Shown: positions 1 through 10,041 of the stretch, piece after piece
Layout: every line of letters starts with the position of its first letter
Position numbering within the stretch: the first letter of the stretch is position 1
DNA from: Candidatus Latescibacterota bacterium
GTDB lineage: Bacteria; Latescibacterota; UBA2968; UBA8231
Length of the DNA: 64,000 nucleotides
Assembly: GCA_965206595.1 (NCBI GenBank)
Contig: OZ242214.1
Coordinates: 2,528,001 to 2,592,000 of the forward strand
Direction of reading: 5' to 3'
The notes under the pieces: model-generated
The model's input: the letters and a program-made list of their open reading frames with translations, nothing else
The model's database searches: none
Told to the model about the DNA's origin: nothing
Made by a program: the position numbers and the translations under genes

Positions 1-738
1 CAGTGCGGCTACTACCGCGTCGATGTCCGACCAGTCCGCATCCGTCTCGTTGGTCTTCTTCTGGAAGGTGCCGCGCCAATCCGGGCGGAAGTCGCTGATG
101 GTCCCTTCGTAGAGATTGCCCCCTGGATCGGAGAAATTGCGCTCGAGAAAGGCGGTCTTGATGCTCTCGACGTTCGCCAACAGGCCCAGGTTTTCGCCGT
201 TGACGGAAACGATGGCAAAGTTGCAGCGCGGCGCCGGCAGGCCGGCGGAAGCGAAGACGTGGTAGGCCATGCAGGTGTTGAGCAGGGACGGGTCCTGCCG
301 GGCATTGTTCAGGGTCAGGCGCTTCACGGCGCCGCCAAGGAGCTGGCCGTCGACGAACTTGTCGAAGCGGACCTTGAGCGCCGGTTTCACCTCGCTCAGC
401 GATCCGAGGAACCCCTTCTTGCGCACCCCCACCCGGGTGTGGGCTTCCCCGTCCACGGTCACGGTCGCCTCGAACCAGGTGAAGATCTCGTCCGCGGGGC
501 TGTCGAGGCAGTCGGCACCGCCGAGTAAATCGACGAGGGTCCGCGTCTGGGAACGAAGGAGGTCCCAATCCCCGGGGGCCATCTCGATGTTCACGTCGAG
601 CACGCGGTCGAGGGCGAACCAGGGGTCGCTGGGATGAGGGGCGTCGGTTGGGGTTTGTCCGGACGACGGCCGGACCGCCAGGAGGAGCCCTGCGATCAGT
701 GCGTATCTCCACCGCCGGCTCGAGGCATTTCCTTTCAC
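1..738 (-). CDS. CotH kinase family protein, secreted; runs off the left edge
   Basis: Not in the ORF track. Manual translation from GTG 738 gives MKGNASSRRWRYALIAGLLLAVRPSSGQ (signal-like)...VGVRKKGFLGS...KPALKVRFDKF...LTLNNARQDPS...PAPRCNFAIVSVNGENLG...VESIK...GNLYEG, which are typical CotH motifs. The frame stays open to position 1. Confidence 0.8.
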   Translation of the reverse strand, partial: MKGNASSRRWRYALIAGLLLAVRPSSGQTPTDAPHPSDPWFALDRVLDVNIEMAPGDWDLLRSQTRTLVDLLGGADCLDSPADEIFTWFEATVTVDGEAHTRVGVRKKGFLGSLSEVKPALKVRFDKFVDGQLLGGAVKRLTLNNARQDPSLLNTCMAYHVFASAGLPAPRCNFAIVSVNGENLGLLANVESIKTAFLERNFSDPGGNLYEGTISDFRPDWRGTFQKKTNETDADWSDIDAVVAAL

Positions 739-845
739 CGGGGCTCGCCCCCGGTTGCCGCTCATTGCGAGTCCTTTCACCCGCCCCGGGCGGCTTCTCT
801 GCAGGCCGGGTTCACACGGGTGATGCGGAATGGATGGGATGCCGC

Positions 846-1952
846 TCACAGCGGCATGTACGACAGGTCGAAGGCCCTTTCGACGAGCCAGCCGAGCCCG
901 AACAGCAGCACGATGACGGAGACCCCCTTGATGAAGGCACCGCGCCAGGCCCTGCGGCCGACCCAGAGCACGAGCGGCAGCAGCACGGCGACGATGGCGA
1001 CTTGGCCGATCTCCACCCCGACGTTGAAGGCCAGCAGGGAGGCGACCAGCTCCTGCGACTTGGTCGGCAGCCCCAGCTCGCGCAGCACGTTGGCGAACCC
1101 GAAGCCGTGCACGAGGCCGAAGAAGAAGGTCAACCGCCAGCGGTGGTGCGGCCGGGGCCTCCACAGGTTCTCGGCGGCGACGTAGGCGATGCTGAAGGCG
1201 ATGCCGGCCTCCACCAGCCGCCCGGGAAGGGAGACGACGTCGAGGGCGGCGAGGATCAGGGTGATGCTGTGGGCGACGGTGAAGGCGGTGACCACCTTGA
1301 CCAGGCCCAGCGGCCGGCCGCCGATGGCGATCAGGGCCAGCAGGAACATGACGTGGTCGTACCCGAGGAAGATGTGCTCGATGCCGAGGAGGGTGAAGTC
1401 GGCGACGTGGTCGAGGAGCCCGGGATCGCGCAGCCGGAACCGGCGCTGGGGGGTCGCCGCGTGCAGGACCGCTGCCTGGCCCGGCCGGTCCCCGGCCTGA
1501 AGCTTGACCAAGCAGCGGTGATCGGGGGCGAAGCGGTCGAACAGGGCGAAGCGGACCTCGAGGGTCGCGGGGTCTCCCGGGAGCCGGCCCCTCAGGGGAA
1601 CGTCGAGAAAGAGGTTCCCCTTGTCGTCGAGGCGCAGCCCCCCCTCGCCGACCGACAAGGCCACGGGATCCCCTTCCGCAGTGATCTTCAGGGCCTGCTC
1701 GAGGAAGGTCTCGACCGTGTCGCTGCCGTCGAGCATTTCCTGCCGCCGCATGATGCCGTCTCCATCCGCGTCGAGATCGAAGGCGGCCATGAGGTCGGTT
1801 TCGTCGAAGGAGACCCTGGCTTCCAGGCTTCCGTCCTGGCCGATCTCCACGCTGATGTAGCTGGTGTTGATCTTGTGCGCCGCGGCGCCCGCCGGAGGCA
1901 GCAGCAGGGCGAGGGCAACGGCGAGACTGCGAATCAGGCTACTCCTCTCCAT
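846..1952 (-). CDS. HupE/UreJ-family membrane protein with N-terminal extracytoplasmic domain
   Basis: Signal peptide ending AAAH; GIEHIFLGYDHVMFLLAL, FTVAHSITL, FGLVHGFGFA and FNVGVEIGQ motifs. Confidence 0.85.
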   Translation of the reverse strand: MERSSLIRSLAVALALLLPPAGAAAHKINTSYISVEIGQDGSLEARVSFDETDLMAAFDLDADGDGIMRRQEMLDGSDTVETFLEQALKITAEGDPVALSVGEGGLRLDDKGNLFLDVPLRGRLPGDPATLEVRFALFDRFAPDHRCLVKLQAGDRPGQAAVLHAATPQRRFRLRDPGLLDHVADFTLLGIEHIFLGYDHVMFLLALIAIGGRPLGLVKVVTAFTVAHSITLILAALDVVSLPGRLVEAGIAFSIAYVAAENLWRPRPHHRWRLTFFFGLVHGFGFANVLRELGLPTKSQELVASLLAFNVGVEIGQVAIVAVLLPLVLWVGRRAWRGAFIKGVSVIVLLFGLGWLVERAFDLSYMPL

Positions 1953-2397
1953 CGAAATACTCCGCCTCGGTCATGCGCCCCAGTTTTCCCGGGGGGCGTA
2001 TCAGCCACTTGTCCGAATCGGGATAGTAGACCGGGTCGCTCGCCGGATTGTCGGCGATCACGTAGTAGACCAGGTCCTCGGTCTCGCTGGGGTTGCGGAT
2101 CTGGTGCGCGGTTCCCGGCGGCTGCACGAAGGCGTCCCCTTCTCCCACCTCGAAGGTGCGGTCGTTGCGGCGCACGATGCCGCGGCCCCTGACCACGAGG
2201 TAGAACTCCCACTGCACCTGGTGGGCGTGGCAGGGGAAGTTGATCCTCCCCGGCGGCAGCCGCACCCACTCGACCTCGAACGGCTGCCCCTCGGTTTCGA
2301 GGGCGCCGGAGACATCCTTCTCCGAAATCCCGTATTTGCCCGAAGGGGACTGGCGGGATTCCTCCGCCAGCTCGGACAGGTTGATTTTCTCGATCAT
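1939..2397 (-). CDS. Cupin domain protein
   Basis: PCHAHQVQWEFYLVVRGRG...PPGTAHQIRN cupin motifs; ATG 2397 preceded by GAGGTGA. Confidence 0.85.
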   Translation of the reverse strand: MIEKINLSELAEESRQSPSGKYGISEKDVSGALETEGQPFEVEWVRLPPGRINFPCHAHQVQWEFYLVVRGRGIVRRNDRTFEVGEGDAFVQPPGTAHQIRNPSETEDLVYYVIADNPASDPVYYPDSDKWLIRPPGKLGRMTEAEYFDGEE

Positions 2398-2583
2398 GCT
2401 CTCACCTCTTGCAGGGATGGGTACTGAAATGACCGGTTGTTCTTCCAGGCCCGCCTTCTGCCCGGCGGGCGAATCGACCTGCAGCCGATTCACGAACCTT
2501 CCGCGGCCGCGTGCCTGACGGCCTATCCATAAAGTTGCTCTGTAGGCGAAGCCGAAGCCCGGATGGACTGTTTCAACGGGATA

Positions 2584-3774
2584 CTAATCGAAGAAACCGG
2601 CATCCTCTTCCGACAGGTGCCGCTTCGCCTCCTCGACGACGAACTCCACCCCGAGGCCCGGGGTGTCCCAGACCTCGACGTGGCCGTCTGCGACGATCGG
2701 GTCGGGCAGCCCGGTGACCATGTCGAGCCAGAACTCCTCGTACCCGCCCGGCATCTCGAAGGCGATGTAGTTCTGCGGCAGGGTGGCGGCGAGATGGACG
2801 TGGGCGGCCAGGCCGAAGAGCCCGTCGATCACTCCGTGCGGGGCCATCAGGATGCCGTGGAGGTCGGCGTACTCGGCGATCCACTTGGTCTCCGCTATGC
2901 CGCCGACGTCGGCCGGGTCGGGGCCGACGACGTTCACCGCCTGCTTTTCGAACAGCTCCTTGAAATGCTGCCGCAGGTAGATCTGCTCCCCGGTGTGGAT
3001 CGGCGTCGAGGTGCTGCGCGTCACCTCCCGGTAGAGGTCGGCGAGCACGTAGGGGACGTAGTCGCCGGTGATCATGTCCTCGAGCCACATCAGGTTCAGC
3101 GGCTCCACCGCCCGAGCCAGCCGTATCGAGTCGGGGACCGTCATTCCCGGACCGCAGTCGAGGGCGAGGCCGACCTCGTCCCCCAGCTCCTGCTTCATCG
3201 CCTCGGCGCAGGCGATCACGTGCTTCAGGCCGCGTTCCGTCAGGGGGCCCCGGTTGGCGTGCCAGCGGCCGCCGGAGCCCTCCCCGTAGAAGAAGCCGGG
3301 GACGTCCGCGGGCATGCTGCTGTGGAAGGAGACGCCCATCTTGAACAGGGTGAACCCCTGCGGCAGCTCCCTGACGGCGCGGGCGGCGGCGGCGTACTCC
3401 TCGGGCCGGGAGCCGCTTACCGGCACCGGCGAGCCGGTCAGGTAGACCCGCACCCGGTCGCGGATCTTTCCCCCGAGCAGCTTGTACACCGGAATCCCGG
3501 CGGCCTTGCCGGCGATGTCCCAGAGCGCCATCTCGATGGCGCTGACGGCGCTGCCCCAGGGCTTGAAACCGCCGAGCCGGCGGATGCCGAGCATGACGCG
3601 CTCGACGTCGGTCGGGTCCATGCCCAATACGAGGTCGCGGTAGAAGAGGACGTGGGGCTTGAGGTAGGGCTTGGAGGACTCCACCTGCCCCGTTCCGACG
3701 ATCCCCTCGTCGGTGAGGATGCGGATTACGGGATGGCCGCCGATGACGGCGCACTTCAGATCGACAATCTTCAT
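2584..3774 (-). CDS. Mandelate racemase/muconate lactonizing enzyme (enolase superfamily)
   Basis: SAIEMALWDIAGK, WLED, TGEQ, PGLGVE motifs. Confidence 0.9.
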   Translation of the reverse strand: MKIVDLKCAVIGGHPVIRILTDEGIVGTGQVESSKPYLKPHVLFYRDLVLGMDPTDVERVMLGIRRLGGFKPWGSAVSAIEMALWDIAGKAAGIPVYKLLGGKIRDRVRVYLTGSPVPVSGSRPEEYAAAARAVRELPQGFTLFKMGVSFHSSMPADVPGFFYGEGSGGRWHANRGPLTERGLKHVIACAEAMKQELGDEVGLALDCGPGMTVPDSIRLARAVEPLNLMWLEDMITGDYVPYVLADLYREVTRSTSTPIHTGEQIYLRQHFKELFEKQAVNVVGPDPADVGGIAETKWIAEYADLHGILMAPHGVIDGLFGLAAHVHLAATLPQNYIAFEMPGGYEEFWLDMVTGLPDPIVADGHVEVWDTPGLGVEFVVEEAKRHLSEEDAGFFD

Positions 3775-4001
3775 GGGGTTATCCTGAACCGTGAATGCCT
3801 GCGGCGATGAGAGGAAAATCGCCGGGCGTCATGCTGTCCCTTGGTGAAAATCGCTTTGGGGTGAGAATCCGTGGCCGGGGCCGGCCGCAGCCCGGAGGGG
3901 TTTTTGCCGGGGCTGCCCGGTAACGTTCATGCGGAAAGAAAATATACCTATCGTCAGGATCGGCGATCAAAGCGGACTGCCATCAATTGTCGAGGAGAAA
4001 A

Positions 4002-5111
4002 ATGTACGACTTCATCGTCATCGGGGGCGGCGTTCTCGGCGCCGCCACGGCCTTTCACCTGGCGCGCGCCCAGGCCCGGGTGCTGCTGCTCGACCGCGGC
4101 GACGAGGGGCGCGCCACGGCCGCGGGGGCCGGGATCGTTTCTCCGGCGACCTACCGCGGCGATTCCGACGTCTGGTACCGCTTCAGCCAGGCGTCGTACC
4201 GACACCTTTCCTCGCTGGTTCCCGAGTTGGAGGCAGAAGGGGCCGGCACCGGGTTCGACCGCTGCGGGCTGCTGCTGGTGGCGGTCTCCGACGACGAGCA
4301 GGCCCCCTTCGAGGCCGCCTCGCAGCGGATCCTTGCGCGCCCTGAGCGGGGTCCGGTTCGCGCCGTCGGGGCCGCGGAGGCCCGGGAGATGTTCCCGGCG
4401 CTCGCCGCATCGGCGCGGGCGCTGCACAACCAGGACGCCGCCCGCATCGACGGCCGGCTCCTGGCGCGCGCCCTGCTCGAGGCCGGGGAACGCCGCGGAC
4501 TCGAGCGCCGGTCCGGTTCGGCCGACAGCCTCCTCCTCGAAGGCAGCCGGGTCGCCGGGGTCCTGAGCGCCGGCGAGCGGATTTCCGCGGGGAACACGGT
4601 TATCGCCGGCGGGGCCTGGTCCCGGGGTTTCTCGGAACAGCTCGGCATCGATATCCCGGTGGCCCCCCAGCGCGGCCAGATCATCCACCTCGACCTCGGC
4701 GGCACCGACACCTCCTCCTGGCCGATCGTCAGCGCCTTCCGCGACCATTACATGGTGCCCTGGCCGGACAGCCGGATAGCCGTCGGCGCCACCCGCGAAA
4801 CCGGCTCCGGCTTCGACCCGCAGGCGACCGCGGCCGGCATCGTCGAGGTGCTCTCGGAAGCCCTGCGCGTCGCCCCCGGCCTCGCCTGCGCCTCCATCCG
4901 CGAGACCCGCGTCGGGCTGCGGCCCCTGTCGGCGGACGGCATGCCGGTCATGGGGGCGGTCCCCGGATGGGAGGGCCTCTACCTCAACACCGGCCACGGC
5001 GCCAGCGGCCTGCAGCTCGGCCCCTTCAGCGGGCGCGTCGTCGCCAACTCCGCCCTTGGCAACGAGCCGGGGTTCGACCTCTCCCCCTTCGCAGTGGACC
5101 GTTTCCTGTGA
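4002..5111 (+). CDS. FAD-dependent oxidoreductase, DAO/glycine oxidase family
   Basis: VIGGGVLG, AGGAWS, PQRGQ, GLRP...DGMP, TGHGASG; GAGGAG RBS before ATG 4002. Confidence 0.9.
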   Translation: MYDFIVIGGGVLGAATAFHLARAQARVLLLDRGDEGRATAAGAGIVSPATYRGDSDVWYRFSQASYRHLSSLVPELEAEGAGTGFDRCGLLLVAVSDDEQAPFEAASQRILARPERGPVRAVGAAEAREMFPALAASARALHNQDAARIDGRLLARALLEAGERRGLERRSGSADSLLLEGSRVAGVLSAGERISAGNTVIAGGAWSRGFSEQLGIDIPVAPQRGQIIHLDLGGTDTSSWPIVSAFRDHYMVPWPDSRIAVGATRETGSGFDPQATAAGIVEVLSEALRVAPGLACASIRETRVGLRPLSADGMPVMGAVPGWEGLYLNTGHGASGLQLGPFSGRVVANSALGNEPGFDLSPFAVDRFL

Positions 5112-6274
5112 CCTCGCCCGCCGTTCCCGTGCGCCCTGTCACCTCGGGGCCGGGCTTCCACTGGTTCGGGTACTACGACAAGCTGCCGTTCGATCCGTCG
5201 GGGCGGTACCTGCTCGGCATGGCCGCCGACTTCGAGTCGCGGTCCCCCGAGCCGGAAGACGCCATCCGCCTCGGCATCATCGACACCCTGGAAGGGGATT
5301 CCTGGCGCGAGGTCGGCACGACCACGGCCTGGTGCTGGCAGCAGGGATGCATGCTGCAGTGGATTCCCGGATCGGACCGCCGCATCATCTGGAACGAGCG
5401 CCAGGGTGACCGGTTCGTGTCCCGCGTCTTCGACACCCGCTCGGGGGAATCGCGGACCCTGCCGGCCGCCGTCTACTGCCTGGCCCCCGGCGGCGACAGG
5501 GCGATCGGCACCGACTTCCGCCGCATCGACCACATGCGCCCCGGGTACGGGTACGCCGGCATCCCCGATCCGCACCGCGACCTGCTCGCCCCTGAAAACA
5601 GCGGCATCCACACCGTCGACCTGCGCAGCGGCGAGTCGCGGCAGATCCTGTCGATTGCGGAAGTGGCCGCCCTCCCCTACCGCCACGGCGACCTGTCGGA
5701 GGCGAAGCATTACTTCAACCACCTGCTGTTCAACCCCGACGGCACCCGCTTCGTCTTCCTGCACCGCTGGCGGTTCGGCGGCGGCGGTTTCCGGACGCGC
5801 ATGCTTACCGCCGCGGCCGACGGCTCCGACCTGCACGTCGTCGACGATTACGGGCACATGTCCCACTTCATCTGGCGCGATGCCGAAACCATCCTCGCCT
5901 GGTCCTGGCAGCCGGAAACGGGGGAGAGATTCTATCTCTACCGGGACCGCTCGCCGGAGGTGGTGCCCATCGCCAGGGACATGATGACCCTGAACGGTCA
6001 CTGCACCTACCTGGCGGACACGGACTGGATCCTCAACGACTGCTATCCCCGGGGCGGATCCCGGTCACAGGACCTGTACCTCTACCATGTCCCGACGGAC
6101 CGCCGGATCGACCTCGGCAGCTTCCACTCCCCCGGGGAGTACACCGGGGAGTGGCGCTGCGACCTGCACCCGCGCTCGAGCCCGGACGGCCGCCTGGTCA
6201 GCATCGACTCGGCCCACCGCGGCGCCGGCCGGCAGATCTACCTGCTCGATATCGGTGGGATCGTCGGGGGCTGA
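5108..6274 (+). CDS. Beta-propeller protein (oligogalacturonate lyase/TolB-like)
   Basis: HWFGYYDK, WCWQQG, HYFNHLLFNPDG, RCDLHPRSSPDG; GTGA overlap with the upstream stop. Confidence 0.65.
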   Translation: MTSPAVPVRPVTSGPGFHWFGYYDKLPFDPSGRYLLGMAADFESRSPEPEDAIRLGIIDTLEGDSWREVGTTTAWCWQQGCMLQWIPGSDRRIIWNERQGDRFVSRVFDTRSGESRTLPAAVYCLAPGGDRAIGTDFRRIDHMRPGYGYAGIPDPHRDLLAPENSGIHTVDLRSGESRQILSIAEVAALPYRHGDLSEAKHYFNHLLFNPDGTRFVFLHRWRFGGGGFRTRMLTAAADGSDLHVVDDYGHMSHFIWRDAETILAWSWQPETGERFYLYRDRSPEVVPIARDMMTLNGHCTYLADTDWILNDCYPRGGSRSQDLYLYHVPTDRRIDLGSFHSPGEYTGEWRCDLHPRSSPDGRLVSIDSAHRGAGRQIYLLDIGGIVGG

Positions 6275-6533
6275 ACCTGTCGAGGAAAACAGGGGACGAC
6301 CAGCCGTTGATCCCCATGCACCATCTCGACAACCACGTCACGGACCTTCGAGAAAAATCTGTACTCCAACCAATCGGTCCAAACTACCCCCCAGTTGTCG
6401 GAAAAAACATTCCCGACAACCAAATAGGTGCCTGGTGCACCACGACAAAAAAGCGGGGTCAAGAAAGGATCAAACCCAAACGCTTAAAAAAGGTGGAACA
6501 GTGGGGAAAAGTGGACTAAAAACCTACCCTCGA

Positions 6534-6556
6534 GTAGGGGCGACTGGTTCGTCCCC
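6534..6556. repeat. GTAG-headed imperfect hairpin (REP-like or terminator)
   Basis: GTAGGGGCGACTGGTTCGTCCCC, arms GGGGCGA/TCGTCCCC; a related half-copy GGGGACGACCAG lies near 6292. Confidence 0.3.
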
Positions 6557-6572
6557 GTTTTCATTATCATCA

Positions 6573-7469
6573 TCATCGAACGAAATAATCATCGAAATTT
6601 GGTTCAAAATCATCTGCTGGCTTTACAGTTTCTTGAATGACATCCTCTCCGTATTTCTCAGCAAGAAATCGTTCCCTATACAGATAAAAAGCTGCATCGC
6701 AAACTTTGGTGGTGTAATAGGCATTGAATCCACCTCCAATTACTGCCCCGGCAACAGGAACCACTTGGGCCAATTTAGCTTTGGTAAGACGTATTCCAAG
6801 AGAACGGGCAATGATTTGGATTATTTTTACCAGAGAATGCTTCTCTAAATCTTTCCACACCCTTTTCCTGGCTACATCCTGTGAAATCCTCACTAATTGA
6901 GCCATGGCGACCTGTTTAGCAGCGTCGTTCGGACTTGATGCCAAGCCGAGAATGTTAAGGGCGAACAATCTTTCTCTCTGGGAAGAAATGTCAAACCCAT
7001 AATACGTAGCGTACTCTCCTATTGCACGCTGATTGATCGTAATCAAGGCTGCAATATCGGGTGGGATTCCTGGTAAACCTACTACTCCTGCAACGAAACC
7101 CTCTCCAGTTGCAAGGGTTTTGTATTTTGCTGCCAAAAAGCCACATACCCTGTCAGCATCTTCTAAATCTAAAGTAAAAATATCCTCTGATTTTTTAATG
7201 TTGCCAAATCCAGCGTCTCTAAATTCTTCATATATGGCATAGGGTCGAACAGTCCATTGAGCAAAATCATTGAGCAATCCAACCAAGCCTCCTATTGCTT
7301 TCTCAATGACCCAATCAACCCCAGGAATTTCTGTTATATAACCTGTCGCCTTTTCCAAAGGCCAATTGATAATTTCCATGGTTTTGCCAAACCAACCAAT
7401 CGTAGGATTTTTCCACTCATGGATACTTTCAAGTGCGAATTTTTCAAATTCACTCATTCCATTCTTCAT
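6573..7469 (-). CDS. EcsC family protein
   Basis: AT-rich ORF; EGFVAGVVGLPGIPPDI...YGFD...KLAQVVPVAGAVIGGGFN...YRERFL pattern. Confidence 0.8.
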   Translation of the reverse strand: MKNGMSEFEKFALESIHEWKNPTIGWFGKTMEIINWPLEKATGYITEIPGVDWVIEKAIGGLVGLLNDFAQWTVRPYAIYEEFRDAGFGNIKKSEDIFTLDLEDADRVCGFLAAKYKTLATGEGFVAGVVGLPGIPPDIAALITINQRAIGEYATYYGFDISSQRERLFALNILGLASSPNDAAKQVAMAQLVRISQDVARKRVWKDLEKHSLVKIIQIIARSLGIRLTKAKLAQVVPVAGAVIGGGFNAYYTTKVCDAAFYLYRERFLAEKYGEDVIQETVKPADDFEPNFDDYFVR

Positions 7470-7569
7470 GATCTTTCTCCATTCGTGATCCCGGCGCCCT
7501 CCCAGGTAATCATATCCAACCATCCTGCGAGATTTTCTATTTTAAACAAAGGAAACCTTTGCATCAAGC

Positions 7570-8340
7570 CCCCAACGTACGCCAAGATCAAATCAAATTT
7601 TCCCCGGTTTGGACCCCTGACTTCAAGGGTCAAATCGAGACCATGGATGGCCCCTACTGCTACCCGCTGACCGTCTTCGAATGCTACGCCCGCTTCTTGC
7701 CGGGGTGCCAAGCCCTAGACGCACCCCCAGGGGCAGCTAAGTCGGCCGGTCTTCCACCGCTCCTTTTTCACGTATGGTCAGCCCGGTTTTATCCGAACCG
7801 ACAACGGCACCCCCTTCGCCTCCTCCAGGCTCTGAGTCGGACCTCCCGGCTGTCGATCTGGTGGGTTCCCCTCGGAACCCCTTCCCGAGCGCATTCTCCC
7901 AACTGGCCGCACAAGAATGGGCGCCAAAACCCCTGCACGGTACGCTTGAAGGGGAGGCCAACAATTCCCCCGGCGGGAAGGATTCGGACACCACTTTACC
8001 CGCTTTCGTTGCGAATTCAACCGGGACCGCAGAACGAAGCGTTGCCGCAACTACTTCCCGGAGGATTGAAACCATGCCACCACGTCCTTTTCCCCAGAAA
8101 TTGCCGACCTATACTACCCCACCCACTGAGAAGTACGGCTTGTCAGTATCAACGGGCGACATTCCCTGGGAAAACCCATCGGGTAGCCATCAGTCACGCG
8201 TTGCGTTAACAACCCATCGGCATGGAACCCCTTGATGACGGTATCTGGGAAGTGTGGTTCGGTCCCCTCAGACTTGGCCGCCTAGATGAACGACAGCTAA
8301 CCATCACCGACACTTTGGCTAAGGCCCTTCGCCGAGACCA
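7570..8340 (+). mobile_element. Degenerate IS481-like transposase (integrase core) remnant
   Basis: Fragments in shifting frames: VWTPDFKG...YCYPLTV...CQAL; IRTDNGTPFA; SRLSIWWVPLG...KNGR; EPLDDGIWEVWFGPLRLGRLDER. Confidence 0.7.
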
Positions 8341-8408
8341 TGTTCCCAGGCAATTTTGTAGAGGATGTATTGTCCGCTCAACTCATTTTACGCATCCAAA
8401 ATCGATTT

Positions 8409-9773
8409 TTACCTATGCCCGCCGTACCGGCGTAAAACCGTGGCCGTCCCCTCAGTCGCCCTACCTAAGGGGGTTTGACCAGACCGATTTATTGCATTGA
8501 CATCTGCGCCGTGGTTCACCATAACCTCAGCCGTTGCCACAGCCTTATTTACCGCCGCAACATGCAACGGCGTATCGTCATCGTTATCCTTTGCATTCAC
8601 ATTCGCTCCGTGTTTCAGTAACAAACCCGCCAACTCGTGAGCATCCTGGTGCGTCGAATAGTGGAGCGGGGTTATACCGTTGTTGTCTTCCGCGTTGACC
8701 GAGGCACTCCCGTCCAACAAGACCATGGCCGTCTGGTGAGCATTCACTACCGAAGCCACATGCAGCGGCGTTATGTTGTTCTCGCTATCCTTAGCATCCA
8801 CATCAGCCCCGTGTTGGATCAACAATCTGGCTGTCTCGTGAGAATCGTTCCGCGCGGCGGAGTGCAACGGTCTCATTCCATTGTTTGCGGGCACATCGGC
8901 ATCGGCCCCATGGCTAAGTAACAATCCAGCCGTATCATAAGCATCATTTTCTGCGGCATAGTGCAGAGGTGTTATACCTTCGTTGGGCTTGGCATTCACA
9001 TCCGCCCGGTGGGTAAGTAACAATCCGGCCGTCTTGTGAGCATCGTTTTCTGCTGCATAATGCAGCGGTGTCAGGCCCTCGTTATCTCCTGCATCCACAC
9101 TAGCTCCATATTGGATCAGCAATTCGGCCGTCTTGTAAGCATTCGTTATCCCCGCAAAATACAACGGCGTTCGGCCCTCCCTATTCTTCGGGTTGACCAA
9201 AGCCCCCGCATTCAGCAGCAATTTTGCCGTCTGGTGGGCGTCCTCCCGCGCCGCCAATTAAAGCGGTGTCCAACCATCGTTGTCCCTTTCATCCACATCG
9301 GCTTCGTGTTGGATCAACAATCGGCCCACCTGGTGAGCATCCTCTCGTGTCGCATAGTGAAGCGGTGTCCAGTCATCGTTGTTTTTCTCACGAACATTGG
9401 CCCCGTGGGTAAGTAACAATTCGGCGGTCTTGTGAGCATCCTCGCGGCCTGCATAGTGTAGCAACGTCCAGCCTTTTTTGTCCTTGGCATTTATATCGGC
9501 CCCGTGTTGGATCAACAATTCGGCCGTTTTCTGAGCATTCATCACGACCGCGAAAAAAAGCGGCGTCCAACCATCGTTATTCTTCGCGTTGACCAAAACA
9601 CCCTCATGCAGCAAATTCACGGCAGTCTCGTGAGCATCTTCGTGACCTGCATGGTGTAGCGGTGTATTGCCCTCGTCGTCCTTTTCGCTGACCGAGGCTG
9701 GTGGCATAGCTGCCTGCCGAATTCTCGACCATACCTTCTGCGCCCAGCCTTCATTGTTCTTTTTATTGACCAT
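8409..9773 (-). pseudogene. Ankyrin-repeat protein (~13 repeats) interrupted by in-frame TAA at 9258-9260
   Basis: Repeated GxTPLHxA...LLxxGADVNAKD units. The two ORFs are in the same frame, GWTPL*LAARED. AGGAGG RBS upstream. Confidence 0.85.
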
Positions 9774-10041
9774 CTAGACAATCCCTCCTTTTAAATTCCT
9801 GCTTCCTCTCATTAATGATCTCTAATCTCCGCAAGACGTTGCGCACCAAGCCCAAAACGATCCGCGTGTTTTATTGGGGACTCCTCCTCGCGTAACCAAC
9901 ACACTAAAGGAATGCTCAACGAAGCAAAGAACAACAAAATGATCGCCGCCAAGCTTTTGCCGAATCGCAAGTACCAAAAGGATATGCAATAGACCGTCAT
10001 ATCATCACTTGTGTGGCCATGCCCACCAGCATCCCAAACCC

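Noticed and set aside
648-2192. 514-aa plus-strand ORF and similar long shadow ORFs throughout the window
   Set aside because: Antisense to well-supported genes, with low-complexity Arg/Gly/Pro-rich composition.
8409-9773. Periodic repeats as a CRISPR array
   Set aside because: They are degenerate ~99-bp coding ankyrin repeats; no identical repeat-spacer pattern was seen in the window.
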